Notes: generated by a model from the letters alone, not told the origin. A stretch of 64,000 nucleotides of DNA from Nitrospirota bacterium (GCA_963790205.1 CAWBNQ010000003.1:96001-160000); one strand, 5' to 3'; positions 10,324-20,820 are shown, counted from the first letter of the stretch. Made by a program: numbers and translations.

Positions 10324-10424
10324 GTTGTCGAATCCGCGGCAGAGACAGGAGAAAAGACGTTTCTCGCGGAGGCGCGGAGTCCGCGGAGAGAACTCGGTAA
10401 GGCGCCAGATGTCAATCAGATCGG

Positions 10425-10602
10425 TCCCTTTCGAAAATTTCAGGCAGGCGACCGAGTTTGAGGGTGAAGCATTTCGGATATCTGAGCCCGAAGGGCGAGT
10501 TCCCGAAATGTACCGAGGACGACCGAGCATGCCGTTAAAGAATTTTCGTAGGGTGCCCTTTTTGGGGTCACCTCTTGGGCACGCAAGAAAGGTGACAAAG
10601 AG
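10425..10602 (+). repeat. About 180-bp structured non-coding repeat, copy A
   Basis: Collinear with 35820-36000 (shared GCATTTCGGAT, CCGAAATGTACCGAGGACGA, AAGAATTTTCG, GCAAGAAAGGTGACAAAGAG). Confidence 0.85.
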
Positions 10603-10668
10603 CGTGACTGGCGGTGCAGAAAAAGAAAAGCTTTTCTTGGTGTCTTTGTGGTGAACAAGGAGTAGAAA

Positions 10669-11763
10669 ATGGGTTTTAACTGCGGCATCGTCGGCCTGCC
10701 GAACGTGGGCAAGTCGACCATCTTCAACGCGCTTACTTCCGCGGGCGCGCAGGCCTCGAACTATCCCTTTACCACCATCGACCCGAACGTGGGCGTGGTG
10801 GACATGCCGGACGAGCGTCTCGACAAGCTTGCCGAGATCTACGTGCCGAAGAAACTGACGCCAACGAGCATGGAGTTCGTGGACATCGCCGGGCTGGTGA
10901 AGGGCGCTTCCCAGGGCGAGGGGCTCGGGAACAAGTTCCTCGCCAATATCCGCGAGGTGGACGCCATCGCGCACGTGGTGCGCTGCTTCGAAGACCCGAA
11001 CGTTATTCACGTTGCGAACAAGGTTGATCCGAAAGCGGACATCGAAGTGATCGAGGCGGAGCTCATGCTGGCCGACCTCGACGCGATCGAGAAGCGGCTG
11101 TACAAGGCCGAGAAGCTGGTCAGGACCGCGGACAAGAAGACCGTTGATGAAGTGGAGTTCATGCGGCGGCTCAAGGACATGCTCGCGAAGGGCGAGCCCA
11201 TCCGCCGGGCGACCCATTCCGATGAAGAGACGCTGTGGCTCAAGACCTACGCACTTTTGTCCTCCAAGCCCGTGCTCTACGTGGCGAATGTTGCCGAGGA
11301 CATGGTGGACAAGCCGAACCCGTTCGTGGACGCGGTCAAAGCGATCGCCGATATCGAGGGCGCCCGGGTCGTGGTCATCTCGGGCCAGGTTGAGGGCGAG
11401 ATCGCCCAGCTCCCGAAAGAAGAGCGACAGGACTATTTAGCGGGCATGGGGCTCAAGGAATCGGGTCTGGATCGGATGATCCGGGCAGGCTATGAGCTCC
11501 TGGGCCTTATCACGTATTTTACTGCCGGCAAGGACGAAGTGCGCGCCTGGACCATCACAAAAGGGACCAGGGCGCCCCAGGCCGCGGGCAAGATCCACAC
11601 CGACTTCGAGAAAGGCTTCATCCGCGCCGAGGTGTTCCATTACGACGATCTGATGAAGCTCAAGACCGAACAGGCGGTGAAAGCGGCCGGCCTGCTCCGC
11701 TCCGAGGGCAAGGACTACGTGGTCAAGGACGGGGACATCATGCTCTTCCGGTTCAACGTGTAA
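10669..11763 (+). CDS. ychF: Redox-regulated ATPase YchF
   Basis: [33 protein letters not shown]-terminal TGS domain ending FRFNV. Confidence 0.98.
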   Translation: MGFNCGIVGLPNVGKSTIFNALTSAGAQASNYPFTTIDPNVGVVDMPDERLDKLAEIYVPKKLTPTSMEFVDIAGLVKGASQGEGLGNKFLANIREVDAIAHVVRCFEDPNVIHVANKVDPKADIEVIEAELMLADLDAIEKRLYKAEKLVRTADKKTVDEVEFMRRLKDMLAKGEPIRRATHSDEETLWLKTYALLSSKPVLYVANVAEDMVDKPNPFVDAVKAIADIEGARVVVISGQVEGEIAQLPKEERQDYLAGMGLKESGLDRMIRAGYELLGLITYFTAGKDEVRAWTITKGTRAPQAAGKIHTDFEKGFIRAEVFHYDDLMKLKTEQAVKAAGLLRSEGKDYVVKDGDIMLFRFNV

Positions 11764-11989
11764 AACGCGCCGGACAGCTTCCATCCTCAATCATGCCTCC
11801 TGCAGTGCCATTCCTCACGTAATACCAACATTAACCTCAGAGTTCACGGAGAAATCCTCAGGTCTCAAAAGGTTAAAGGCCCGTTACGGCATACTGTGCC
11901 GGGCGGGACTGAAAAAATACTTATGATGATGAAGGATGGTGCCTGTTCAAAAGGGGGGACTGTTGATTCCGGGGGGCCCGCCCGAAGGC

Positions 11990-12475
11990 TTACGCCTTTT
12001 CGGCGTATACGACCTTCTGGAGCGCGTTTTTATTGATATAGCGGATCTTCCCGTCCATTTTGATGCTCAGGAACTGCTGCGGCAGGTTGAGACAGTCGGA
12101 AAGACGGGCCCGCTCCAAGGGCACTTCGGCCAGGAGCGCGCCGCTGACCGCGGCATCGTTCACAAGGACCACCGTGACCTCTACACTGTACATAAGGCTG
12201 AGGGCCAGGCTGTCTTTTTCCGCATCAGCGGAATAGGCAAGTTCGACGATCCTGACATTCTTCTTATTGATGAACTCGGTCGCGCCGCCCTTGTTCAGGC
12301 GCAATGGGAAAAAAGTGTTTCCAGTCTCGAGAAAGGCGGTGACTTTCTGGAGCAGTGTCAGCTCCGGCTGAGAGTATTCCAGAAAGATGGTCCCATCGAG
12401 CACGCCGCCGCCGCTCAGATGCACCGTCACGTCCTGCCTGTCTTTCGGTACCGCCAGCGCAGCTTGGTCGCTCAT
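11990..12475 (-). CDS. Hypothetical protein with two internal repeats (FF/FL...xINK)
   Basis: 161-aa ORF just downstream of pilT; halves end in EFINKKNV and RYINKNAL. Confidence 0.7.
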   Translation of the reverse strand: MSDQAALAVPKDRQDVTVHLSGGGVLDGTIFLEYSQPELTLLQKVTAFLETGNTFFPLRLNKGGATEFINKKNVRIVELAYSADAEKDSLALSLMYSVEVTVVLVNDAAVSGALLAEVPLERARLSDCLNLPQQFLSIKMDGKIRYINKNALQKVVYAEKA

Positions 12476-12487
12476 AAACCGTCCTGC

Positions 12488-14023
12488 CTATAGTTCGTTG
12501 ATATTGCCCGTCAGATTCAACGCTATGTTCTTGCTCTTGAGCATGGTGACGAAGCCGGACTTATCAATGGCCTTGATGTAGGCTTCCTCCGGGGCCACCT
12601 GCTTGTCCGCGACGAGCTTGAACAGGGCATCGTTCAAGAGGCTCATTCCCTGCCCCTTCGCGGTCTGCATGATCGAGGGAATCTGGAAGATCTTTCCTTC
12701 CCGGATGAGGTTCGAAACCGCGCTGTTCACGAAGAGGATCTCCATGGCGGCCACCCTGCCTTTGGTGGTTTTTTTACACAGTGTCTGGGCGATGACCCCC
12801 TTGAGCGAGCTGGCGAGCATGGTCCGGATCTGGGCCTGCCGGTCCGCGGGGAACTGGTCGATGATGCGGTCCACGGTCGAGGCCGCCGTGGAAGTATGGA
12901 GCGTGCCGAACACGAGGTGTCCTGTTTCCGCCGTCTCGATGGCGATGGAGATCGTCTCGAGATCGCGCATCTCGCCCACGAGCACGATGTCCGGGTCTTC
13001 GCGGAGCGCGGCGCGGAGGGCATTGCTGAACGACTCGGTGTGGACGTGCACTTCGCGCTGGTTGATGAGACAGTTTTTCCTGTCATGCACGAACTCGATC
13101 GGGTCCTCGATCGTAATGATATGGTCCTTGCGGTGGCGGTTGATGTAATCTATGAGGGCGCAGAGGGTCGTGGACTTGCCCGAGCCGGTGGGGCCGGTGA
13201 CGAGGACGAGGCCCTTGCTCAGGAAACAAAGGTCGAGCACTTCCTTGGAGAGGCCGAGTTTTTCCGCCGTCACGATCTCCATGGGTATCTGGCGGAAGAC
13301 GGCGCCCATGCCGAAGCGGTCCATGAAAAAGTTCACCCGGAACCGGGCCAGGCCCTCGATCTCGTGCGCGAAGTCGGTGTCGTGGAGCTCTGCGAACTGG
13401 GTTGAGTTGTGTTCGGGCGTAATGGCGGCTAAAAGTTTTTTTATCCGCTCGGCTGTGATGACCGAATGGTCGGCGGACAGCTCCATCATGTCGCCATGGA
13501 GCCTGATCAGCGGTTTGTGGTTGGAGGTGAGGTGAAGATCGGAGGCGCCCATCTCGAACATTTTTCGGAGAAGGCCGTTGATCTCCGGCTCCTTCCCGAG
13601 CGCAGGTCTTGATTTGGCCGCAGCAGGGGATGCGGCAGCTGCTGAGGGGGCCGTTGGCCTTGCCTCTCCGACGGGGTCGGCATCCTGACCGGCCTTGATG
13701 GTATCTTCGAGAGCAACCTTATTTCCCGCATCAGTGATGGAGATTACGCTCCGCACCTGCTCGCCCTGGGTCATGAACGTGACCGTATGGCTCCTGCCGT
13801 TGTGGGTATATTCAAAGTTCGTCTGGCGCTTGGCCGCGATGTTTTCCTTGTGGACGCCGGCCGCTATTTCCGCGAGAAGACCGATGACCTGCGGGCTCGA
13901 CAGCTTCTGGTTTACCATGACCCTGGTGCCCGCGTCCGTCCGCATCATGGGCTCTTTTCCGGTCTCGAGGAGAAGCTCCTGCTGGGGCTGTAGTCGTTCG
14001 ATCAACTTGTCGAGCTGGCTCAT
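12488..14023 (-). CDS. pilT: Type IV pilus retraction ATPase PilT/PilU family with N-terminal extension
   Basis: ASDLHL, GPTGSGKSTT, TIEDPIE, ALREDPD..VGEMRD, GHLVFGTLHT, NLIRE. Confidence 0.93.
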   Translation of the reverse strand: MSQLDKLIERLQPQQELLLETGKEPMMRTDAGTRVMVNQKLSSPQVIGLLAEIAAGVHKENIAAKRQTNFEYTHNGRSHTVTFMTQGEQVRSVISITDAGNKVALEDTIKAGQDADPVGEARPTAPSAAAASPAAAKSRPALGKEPEINGLLRKMFEMGASDLHLTSNHKPLIRLHGDMMELSADHSVITAERIKKLLAAITPEHNSTQFAELHDTDFAHEIEGLARFRVNFFMDRFGMGAVFRQIPMEIVTAEKLGLSKEVLDLCFLSKGLVLVTGPTGSGKSTTLCALIDYINRHRKDHIITIEDPIEFVHDRKNCLINQREVHVHTESFSNALRAALREDPDIVLVGEMRDLETISIAIETAETGHLVFGTLHTSTAASTVDRIIDQFPADRQAQIRTMLASSLKGVIAQTLCKKTTKGRVAAMEILFVNSAVSNLIREGKIFQIPSIMQTAKGQGMSLLNDALFKLVADKQVAPEEAYIKAIDKSGFVTMLKSKNIALNLTGNINEL

Positions 14024-14143
14024 CAGAACCGGTCCTTAATCGTGAGATTGATGTACGTGTAGGTACCCATGAAAAGGGAATAATGGGTAAGAGTTTTCCG
14101 GAGCGCCGCAACCCGGAGGAAGGTCAAGGCTGACCGGGCGTCG

Positions 14144-14578
14144 TCAGTCCTTCTGCTGGGTTTCGTGGAGGATCTTGGATATCTCCGCCTTCAGGTTAGT
14201 CGCAATTACTTCGCCATAGAACAGGCGGGCGGTTTTTTCCACGTCATCGAGGTGCTCCCAACAGTGTTCACCATACTTGGCGTGAAGGTCGTCGATTTTC
14301 TTGATCAAGGTCGTGGCCTTGGCCCCGAGCATCTGCTGCGCCAGCGCCGTGATGAGGTCCTTGCACTCGTGTGATACCTGGATGAAATTGCCGGCAAAGA
14401 GCCGCTGGAGAGCTTCTTCGAGGCCCTTGAGTCCCCGGAACATGGTCCGGATATCTTCTAGCGATTTTTTCCCGTCTATCTGCACAAGGATGTTTCTACA
14501 GATCGGGGTCAGATCCTTCGGCGCGTTCTCGACCGCGGAACGTCCCTTTTGCGTCAATACGGGAATTCCCGATTCCAT
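14144..14578 (-). CDS. Hypothetical protein
   Basis: 144-aa ORF with GGAGG RBS, co-oriented in the operon. Confidence 0.7.
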   Translation of the reverse strand: MESGIPVLTQKGRSAVENAPKDLTPICRNILVQIDGKKSLEDIRTMFRGLKGLEEALQRLFAGNFIQVSHECKDLITALAQQMLGAKATTLIKKIDDLHAKYGEHCWEHLDDVEKTARLFYGEVIATNLKAEISKILHETQQKD

Positions 14579-14618
14579 GGTGCCCTCCGAGCTTCAGCAT
14601 AACCATCGTGTCGTCGCG

Positions 14619-15239
14619 CTATACGAACAGTGTGACCGTGGCACCCATCCCGTATTCAAGGAACGTCGCCAGACCGCCGAATTCGATGCCGTCGATCAGG
14701 TCCTGCTTCTTCATGCCGAGCACATCCAAAGTCATCTGGCAGGCGACGAGTTTGACGCCGGAGTCCCGGGACATGTCCAGGAGCTCTTTGATGGTGGGCA
14801 CGGCCTGCTTCTTAAACATACCCTTCATCATCATCGATGCCATGGAGGTCATCCCCGGCAGGGCACCGACCAGGTTCGGCACCGGCATCGGCATGGCGGG
14901 GTTGGCAAGGGGGGCGACCTTGAGGTTCGCGTTTTTCTTCAGGATGTTGACGCCGTACAGGGTGAAAAAGATCGAGGCTTCGATACCCATGCTCCGCGCG
15001 CCGGTAGCGAGCAGAAGCGGAGGGTATGCCATGTCGAGCGTCCCTTTCGACGCGATGATGGCCGCGCGGTTCTTGCGGGCTTTCAACTCCACTTCGTGGA
15101 CCTTGCCCTCGACGGCCTTGATTTTCTTCGTTAACGAGTCATACACCTGGCGCGAGGCCTCAACGATGCGCTGGTCGATATATGCGTTCACCTGCGCCCG
15201 CAGCTTCGGATCAAACTCTTTATCCAGCTCTATCGCCAT
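14619..15239 (-). CDS. DsrE/DsrF/DsrH-like (DsrE2-type) putative sulfur carrier
   Basis: SKGTLDMAYPP, FFTLYG, VACQMT, TLFV C-terminus. Confidence 0.88.
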   Translation of the reverse strand: MAIELDKEFDPKLRAQVNAYIDQRIVEASRQVYDSLTKKIKAVEGKVHEVELKARKNRAAIIASKGTLDMAYPPLLLATGARSMGIEASIFFTLYGVNILKKNANLKVAPLANPAMPMPVPNLVGALPGMTSMASMMMKGMFKKQAVPTIKELLDMSRDSGVKLVACQMTLDVLGMKKQDLIDGIEFGGLATFLEYGMGATVTLFV

Positions 15240-15240
15240 A

Positions 15241-16344
15241 TCAGCCTCCCGCGCCGGTCAGTTCGTTCATAAGAATTTTGACTGAAATGATCTTGTCGAC
15301 CCGCGAAGCGTTCGTGCCGACGGTGTAGAGAGCTTCTTCCTCGTTCGCGTTATATCCGCTGGAGCTCAACAGCCCGTTGCAGATACAGAAGTAGTTCTCA
15401 TTGCTTTCCTTGGCCGGGCAAACGGAATATTTGCCCTCGGAATCCTTCATGAGCACGTAGCCCTTGTCGCACTTCGGCTTCCGCAGGCGCTGCAGCGCGG
15501 AGACGTACATGGGAGACTGCTTGATCACCCTGAAGGGCAGACCGCAGGGCGATCCCGGCCGATGGGCAACGACGATGTCCTCTTCCTTTGCCTGAAGTAC
15601 GGCCTCTTTGTAGGCCGGGGTGGCGCTGCTTTCCTCGGTGGCGAGAAACCGCGTTCCCATCTGCACGCCGTCGGCGCCCATGCCCATGAATTTGACGATA
15701 TCGGCATGCGTGTAGATCCCGCCGGCGACGATAACGGGGAAATCGCCGCACTTCATGGCCATCTCCTTGACCGGCGGCAGGAGGTTCTCGAGCCTGTTGG
15801 CCTCGAGTTCCACCTGGTCGATCCTGAAGCCCAGGTGCCCGCCGGCAAGCGGGCCTTCCAGAACAACGGCATCAGGCCGGTATCCCAGCTTCTCCCATTT
15901 TTTGCAGATGATATCGAGCGCCCGGGCCGATGAAACGATCGGGACCAGGGCCGTGTCCTTCGGCGGCTGAATGGCAGGCAGACCGATCGGCAGACCGGCG
16001 CCGGAGATGATCGCATCCGCCCCGGCGTCAAGCGCCCCTTTTACCGAATCGCTATAATCCCTGACGAGGGCGGCCATAATATTGATGCCGGCGAAGCCGG
16101 TTTCTCTTTTTGAGAGAGAGACCTCCTGATACGCCGCTTCGTAAGTGTTTACTTTTTTTCCGGTCCTTTTTGAAACAAGACGGTCAAGGCAGGCGCTCGA
16201 TATGATCCCCAGACCGCCCTCGCGCGCAACCGCCTGCGCAAGGGGATGGAGCGACACCCCGACGCCCATGCCGCCCTGGATAATGGGCACCCGGATTTTT
16301 TTCCCTTTGATGACGAGCGGCTTCAATGCCGTGAGAGACTTCAA
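15241..16344 (-). CDS. Nitronate monooxygenase / FabK-FabX-like flavoprotein
   Basis: PIIQGGMGVGVS, EGPLAGGHLG, VAGGI, GVQMGTRF, C-terminal Cys cluster; TTG start after AGAGGGGG. Confidence 0.85.
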   Translation of the reverse strand: MKSLTALKPLVIKGKKIRVPIIQGGMGVGVSLHPLAQAVAREGGLGIISSACLDRLVSKRTGKKVNTYEAAYQEVSLSKRETGFAGINIMAALVRDYSDSVKGALDAGADAIISGAGLPIGLPAIQPPKDTALVPIVSSARALDIICKKWEKLGYRPDAVVLEGPLAGGHLGFRIDQVELEANRLENLLPPVKEMAMKCGDFPVIVAGGIYTHADIVKFMGMGADGVQMGTRFLATEESSATPAYKEAVLQAKEEDIVVAHRPGSPCGLPFRVIKQSPMYVSALQRLRKPKCDKGYVLMKDSEGKYSVCPAKESNENYFCICNGLLSSSGYNANEEEALYTVGTNASRVDKIISVKILMNELTGAGG

Positions 16345-16767
16345 ATGGCCCCCTCTAAAATTATTAAACGCAGACCGATGTTGAAAAATGTACCCTGGTT
16401 TTCGGCCTGCGCTTCCCAATGAAATCAACACCTAAAAACACGCAAAATTATACCATAACCCATGAGTTTATACAACCAAAGATTTTATGGCGAAGGTAAG
16501 ATTAAACATATTGGATAAACTGCTCCCTCTACGAGATGCAGAACAAAAAAATGCGCCGTTTTTTCAGATAGCTGGAGGATTCCAGCTTTTTTCTCACGCG
16601 TTTATCGGCGAATATTTATCCGGCCTTCCGTTGTTTTTTGTTATTGACGTAAAGACGAATGAGAGTTATCATACCACCTGTTTGCATGTGCTGTTTGCAT
16701 GTGCGCTTATTTCAACTGCCGCAGAGGGCTTGCGCCTCTGTGGAGAAGCGATCATTTCATAACTATC

Positions 16768-17454
16768 ATGTTTTTTTCTTTCCTATTAGCAGCCGGGTTC
16801 CTATTGGTGCCGTCCGTGGTCTTTGCCTGGGGGCCGATGACCCATATGTATCTCGGCAATGAACTTCTGTCATGCGCGCCGATGATCCCCGCCGGCATCC
16901 TCGCTCTTCTCAAAAAGCATAAGCAGGACTATCTCTACGGCAATCTCATGGCTGACATCATTATCGGCAAGAAGTATCTCCCCGGCGATAAAAGTTCTCA
17001 CTCGTGGGACGTGGGGTTGAAGCTCCTGGACCAGGCCAAATCGTGGCCCGAACGGGCCTTTGCCTACGGGTATCTGGGCCATCTTGCCGCCGATACCGTG
17101 GCCCATGAAACACTGACCGATGAAATGGGGAACATGGGGCACACCTGGGCCGAGCTGAAAGCCGACAGCCTGATAGACAAGGCTTACTGGCTCCAGACCG
17201 TCACGATCAGCAAGGCTGTTCGCAAGCGCAGCGACCTGCTTCTGGAGAACTCCCTTGACCGCTATGTCTTCTCCTTCAAGACCAACCGGCGGATATATAA
17301 AAGCATCGTTTTTCTCTCGTTCCTGAACAAGAAGAGAAGGCGCGGGGTGGACCGGATGCTTATCCACGAGCTTCACGAAGAGTCCCTGGCGCGCATGGTC
17401 GATCTGCTCAAGCACGGCACTGAATCTTCCGTACTCACCAAAAACCCGCTCTGA
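16768..17454 (+). CDS. Zinc-dependent phospholipase C family protein
   Basis: Signal peptide, then WGPMTH; GYLGHLAADTVAH; H..AE..AD motif. Confidence 0.85.
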   Translation: MFFSFLLAAGFLLVPSVVFAWGPMTHMYLGNELLSCAPMIPAGILALLKKHKQDYLYGNLMADIIIGKKYLPGDKSSHSWDVGLKLLDQAKSWPERAFAYGYLGHLAADTVAHETLTDEMGNMGHTWAELKADSLIDKAYWLQTVTISKAVRKRSDLLLENSLDRYVFSFKTNRRIYKSIVFLSFLNKKRRRGVDRMLIHELHEESLARMVDLLKHGTESSVLTKNPL

Positions 17455-17678
17455 TGTTTGTTCCGGCAAAGAATGCCGCCGGCCGCCGGCGGTGATCATT
17501 ACCTCCTTGACAATCCAGGAGGAATACATTATAGATACTCATTATTTTACACGATACGTGCCGTCTCGCCCGTCCGGCCCCCGATCTGCGGGAACGACGC
17601 TGCAAGAGGAATTCAGCGCGGCCTCGTGATCGTGAGCGACGGCGATCGTGACCGAAGCCGCCTGCAAAGGTATTTGCC

Positions 17679-19112
17679 ATGCTTTTCAACTCACTCGAGT
17701 TTTACCTGTTCTTCCCGGTTGTAACCATCCTCTATTTTTTGCTTCCTCATGCCTGGCGGTGGTTTCTCCTGCTCATCGCGAGCTGCGTTTTCTACATGGC
17801 GTTTATCCCGATATATATTCTCATCCTCTTCGTGACCATTACCGTTGACTTCACGGCGGGTATTCTCATCGAAAAAACACCCCCCGGGAGGCGTAAGCGG
17901 CTCACTCTCGTGAGCAGCCTCGCCGTCACGATCGCTATTCTCGGTTTTTTCAAATATTTCAACTTTGCGAACGAGAACATCGCGAATGTCGCCCGTTTTT
18001 TTCACTGGAACTACGGCATCGAGAGCCTGAGGATACTCCTCCCCATCGGCCTCTCCTTTCACACCTTTCAGAGCATGAGCTACGTCATCGAAGTGTACCG
18101 GGGGAACCAGAAAGCGGAACACCATTACGGCATCTTTGCGCTCTATGTCATGTTCTATCCCCAGCTTGTGGCGGGGCCCATTGAACGTCCGCAGAACCTC
18201 CTCCATCAATTCCGCGAGCCTCACGCCTTCGATTACGAACGGGTGACGGGCGGCCTGAAGCGCATGGCCTTCGGGCTTTTCAAAAAAGTGGTCATTGCCG
18301 ATCAACTGGCGTTGCTGGTCGATCAGGTCTATAACCATCCGCATGACTACGCCGGTTTCCCGCTGATGTTTGCGACGATATGTTTTGCGTACCAGATCTA
18401 TTGCGATTTCTCGGGATATTCCGACATCGCCCTCGGCGCGGCCCAGGTGATGGGCTTCCGGCTCATGGAAAACTTCGACCGTCCCTACACGGCCCGCTCC
18501 ATCGCCGAATTCTGGCGGCGCTGGCACATATCCCTCACCTCGTGGTTCCGGGATTATGTCTATATCCCCCTTGGGGGAAACCGGGTGGCGAGACCCCGAT
18601 GGTATGCGAACATCCTCGTCACCTTTCTCGTCAGCGGCCTCTGGCACGGCGCGAACTGGACCTTTATCCTGTGGGGCGCGCTTAACGGGATGTATCTCCT
18701 GCTGTCGCATTGGACCGCACCTCTGCGCGAGGCCGTTGTCCGGGCAACGCGCCTGGACCAGTCCCCCCGCATTCATCACGCGCTCCAGGTCGGCGCAACC
18801 TTTCTGCTGATCTGCTTCGCATGGATTCTTTTCAGGGCCAACAATATGGACGATGCCGGCTACATCATATCCCACCTGTTTGACGGCTTTACGGGCCTGG
18901 CACGGAGGGGCCGGTTCGCGTTCAACGGGTTCGTCCTGTTTTTCATCCTGTTCGCGGAATATATTCAGCACCTCCACCGGACGAGCGGGACGGACAATCT
19001 CTTCAGCGGGAGGCCCGTTCTGGTCCGCTGGTCCCTGTACTATCTGATGATAACGACCATCGTTATCTTCGGGTCCTACAGTGAGCAGCGGTTCATCTAT
19101 TTTCAGTTTTAG
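17679..19112 (+). CDS. MBOAT O-acyltransferase (AlgI/DltB-like)
   Basis: MLFNS..F, LPIGLSFHTFQ, PQLVAGPIER, DFSGYSD, FWRRWHISL, GLWHGA, FIYFQF. Confidence 0.95.
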   Translation: MLFNSLEFYLFFPVVTILYFLLPHAWRWFLLLIASCVFYMAFIPIYILILFVTITVDFTAGILIEKTPPGRRKRLTLVSSLAVTIAILGFFKYFNFANENIANVARFFHWNYGIESLRILLPIGLSFHTFQSMSYVIEVYRGNQKAEHHYGIFALYVMFYPQLVAGPIERPQNLLHQFREPHAFDYERVTGGLKRMAFGLFKKVVIADQLALLVDQVYNHPHDYAGFPLMFATICFAYQIYCDFSGYSDIALGAAQVMGFRLMENFDRPYTARSIAEFWRRWHISLTSWFRDYVYIPLGGNRVARPRWYANILVTFLVSGLWHGANWTFILWGALNGMYLLLSHWTAPLREAVVRATRLDQSPRIHHALQVGATFLLICFAWILFRANNMDDAGYIISHLFDGFTGLARRGRFAFNGFVLFFILFAEYIQHLHRTSGTDNLFSGRPVLVRWSLYYLMITTIVIFGSYSEQRFIYFQF

Positions 19113-19118
19113 GACGAC

Positions 19119-20105
19119 ATGAGAACACTGCTGATAAAAGGGTGCGTTCTGGCCGCTCTCGTCGTCGCGACGACCCTGGCGATCTTCCTGCTCCCGGTCC
19201 CCTACAGCCATCAACTCTCCGCCATTCTGAACAAGCTGGACATGGTTAAAGGGGCCGGGCAGGACCGCGTCATTTTTGTCGGGGGGAGCGGCTTGTTCGA
19301 CGGGCTCGACAGCGCGAAGCTGGAGGCGCGCCTGCACCGGCCGGTCGTGAACCTGGGGTTATACGCCGGATTCGGCATCACCGCGCTCCTGCGGGAGATC
19401 AGGCCCTCTCTTCGCCCCGGCGACGTCGTCGTGATCGTTCCGGAATACAGCGTGGTCTTCGATTCCGTCGACGAGCAGGCGCGGAAATGGATTTTTGCTT
19501 TGGCGCCGGCCAGGAACCTTTCCTGGCTGTATGGAACGCTTCAGGACCCCGTGCGGGCGTTGGCCATCGATTTTGTAAGCCTGGTGCGGCTGAAAGTGCA
19601 GGCGCTCCCCAAGGCCGCGCAGGAAGCGCTGCGTGTCCGCCAGTGCCGCGCTTTCTTCGGCAGGGGCTATGTCTATTACCGGAAATATTTCACGCGCAAC
19701 GGTGATTCGCTACGGACCATGCGGGCCGCGACGTCCCCCGAGATGATCGAACAGAGAGGCGAAGAGCTGTTTTCCGACCCGCGCTACCGGGGCCAATCGC
19801 TCGATGCCGTGAACGACTTTTGCCGGAGCGCGCTGCGGCAGGGGGTGCGGACGTACTTCCTGTTCCCGGCCTATCCCGAGGAAGAGTATCGCCGGCAGCA
19901 AGAGGGCATGCGGCGTTATGAGGCAAGGCTCCGGAAGGAACTGGACTGCCGCATTCTCGGCACCCCGGAGGATTTTTTGTATCCCTACGATTTTTTTACC
20001 AACACCGTCAATCACCTGAACGGCGAGGGCAAGCTGGTAAGGACTGAAAAGGTCATCACGCTCCTGCAGAAACCGCTGGCCCGGTCCCATCAGGCGCACG
20101 AATGA
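19119..20105 (+). CDS. MBOAT-partner SGNH-like periplasmic protein (AlgJ/DltD-like)
   Basis: N-terminal TM helix, FVGGS, VNLGL.AG, NHLN near C-terminus; 6 nt after the MBOAT gene. Confidence 0.65.
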   Translation: MRTLLIKGCVLAALVVATTLAIFLLPVPYSHQLSAILNKLDMVKGAGQDRVIFVGGSGLFDGLDSAKLEARLHRPVVNLGLYAGFGITALLREIRPSLRPGDVVVIVPEYSVVFDSVDEQARKWIFALAPARNLSWLYGTLQDPVRALAIDFVSLVRLKVQALPKAAQEALRVRQCRAFFGRGYVYYRKYFTRNGDSLRTMRAATSPEMIEQRGEELFSDPRYRGQSLDAVNDFCRSALRQGVRTYFLFPAYPEEEYRRQQEGMRRYEARLRKELDCRILGTPEDFLYPYDFFTNTVNHLNGEGKLVRTEKVITLLQKPLARSHQAHE

Positions 20106-20199
20106 ACGTCAGCCGGCTCCCGGTGTTTCCCGTCAGCTCCCGCACCTGAGCTCTGGTATACTATAGGCACCATAAAACCCGCAGGACAGGAGGCCTCTT

Positions 20200-20682
20200 A
20201 TGGATACGAATGTCGTGACCGTGGCAATTCCCGAAGGGTGCAACTTCATCCTCGGCCAGACCCACTTCATCAAGACCGCCGAGGACCTTTACGAAATCAT
20301 CGCCACGACGGTGCCGCAGGCAAAGTTCGGCGTCGCCTTCACCGAGGCGTCCGGACCCTGTCTCATACGGACCGAAGGAAATGACGATGGTCTCATCTCC
20401 GCCTGTGTCCAGACCCTCGAAGCGATCGGCGCGGGCCACGTTTTCTGCATCTTTCTGAAAGACGCATTCCCCATCAACATTCTTACCCAGATCAAAAACT
20501 GCCCCGAAGTATGCCGCATCTTCTGCGCCACGGCAAACCCGCTCGAAGTCGTCATCGCGTCCACGGCCCAGGGAAAGGGGGTCCTCGGCGTGATCGACGG
20601 CTTTCCTCCCCGGGGCGTCGAAACGACGGCGGACAGGGCGAAGCGAAAGGACTTTCTCAGGAAGATCGGTTACAAGCTGTGA
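20200..20682 (+). CDS. Adenosine-specific kinase family (DUF355)
   Basis: NFILGQTHFIKT.EDL, EASGPCL, CATANP, GVIDG, IGYKL. Confidence 0.9.
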   Translation: MDTNVVTVAIPEGCNFILGQTHFIKTAEDLYEIIATTVPQAKFGVAFTEASGPCLIRTEGNDDGLISACVQTLEAIGAGHVFCIFLKDAFPINILTQIKNCPEVCRIFCATANPLEVVIASTAQGKGVLGVIDGFPPRGVETTADRAKRKDFLRKIGYKL

Positions 20683-20820
20683 TACGAACAGCGCCATAAA
20701 AAAATCTTGCATATTTTCGGAGAAAGCAGTAAAGTGACGCTTGCGAAAAAAACAAACGCGTGCCGTGTTTCACAGGGGAACCCGACCGTGAACAGCGTCC
20801 GCACGAAGAAGGAGTCGATC

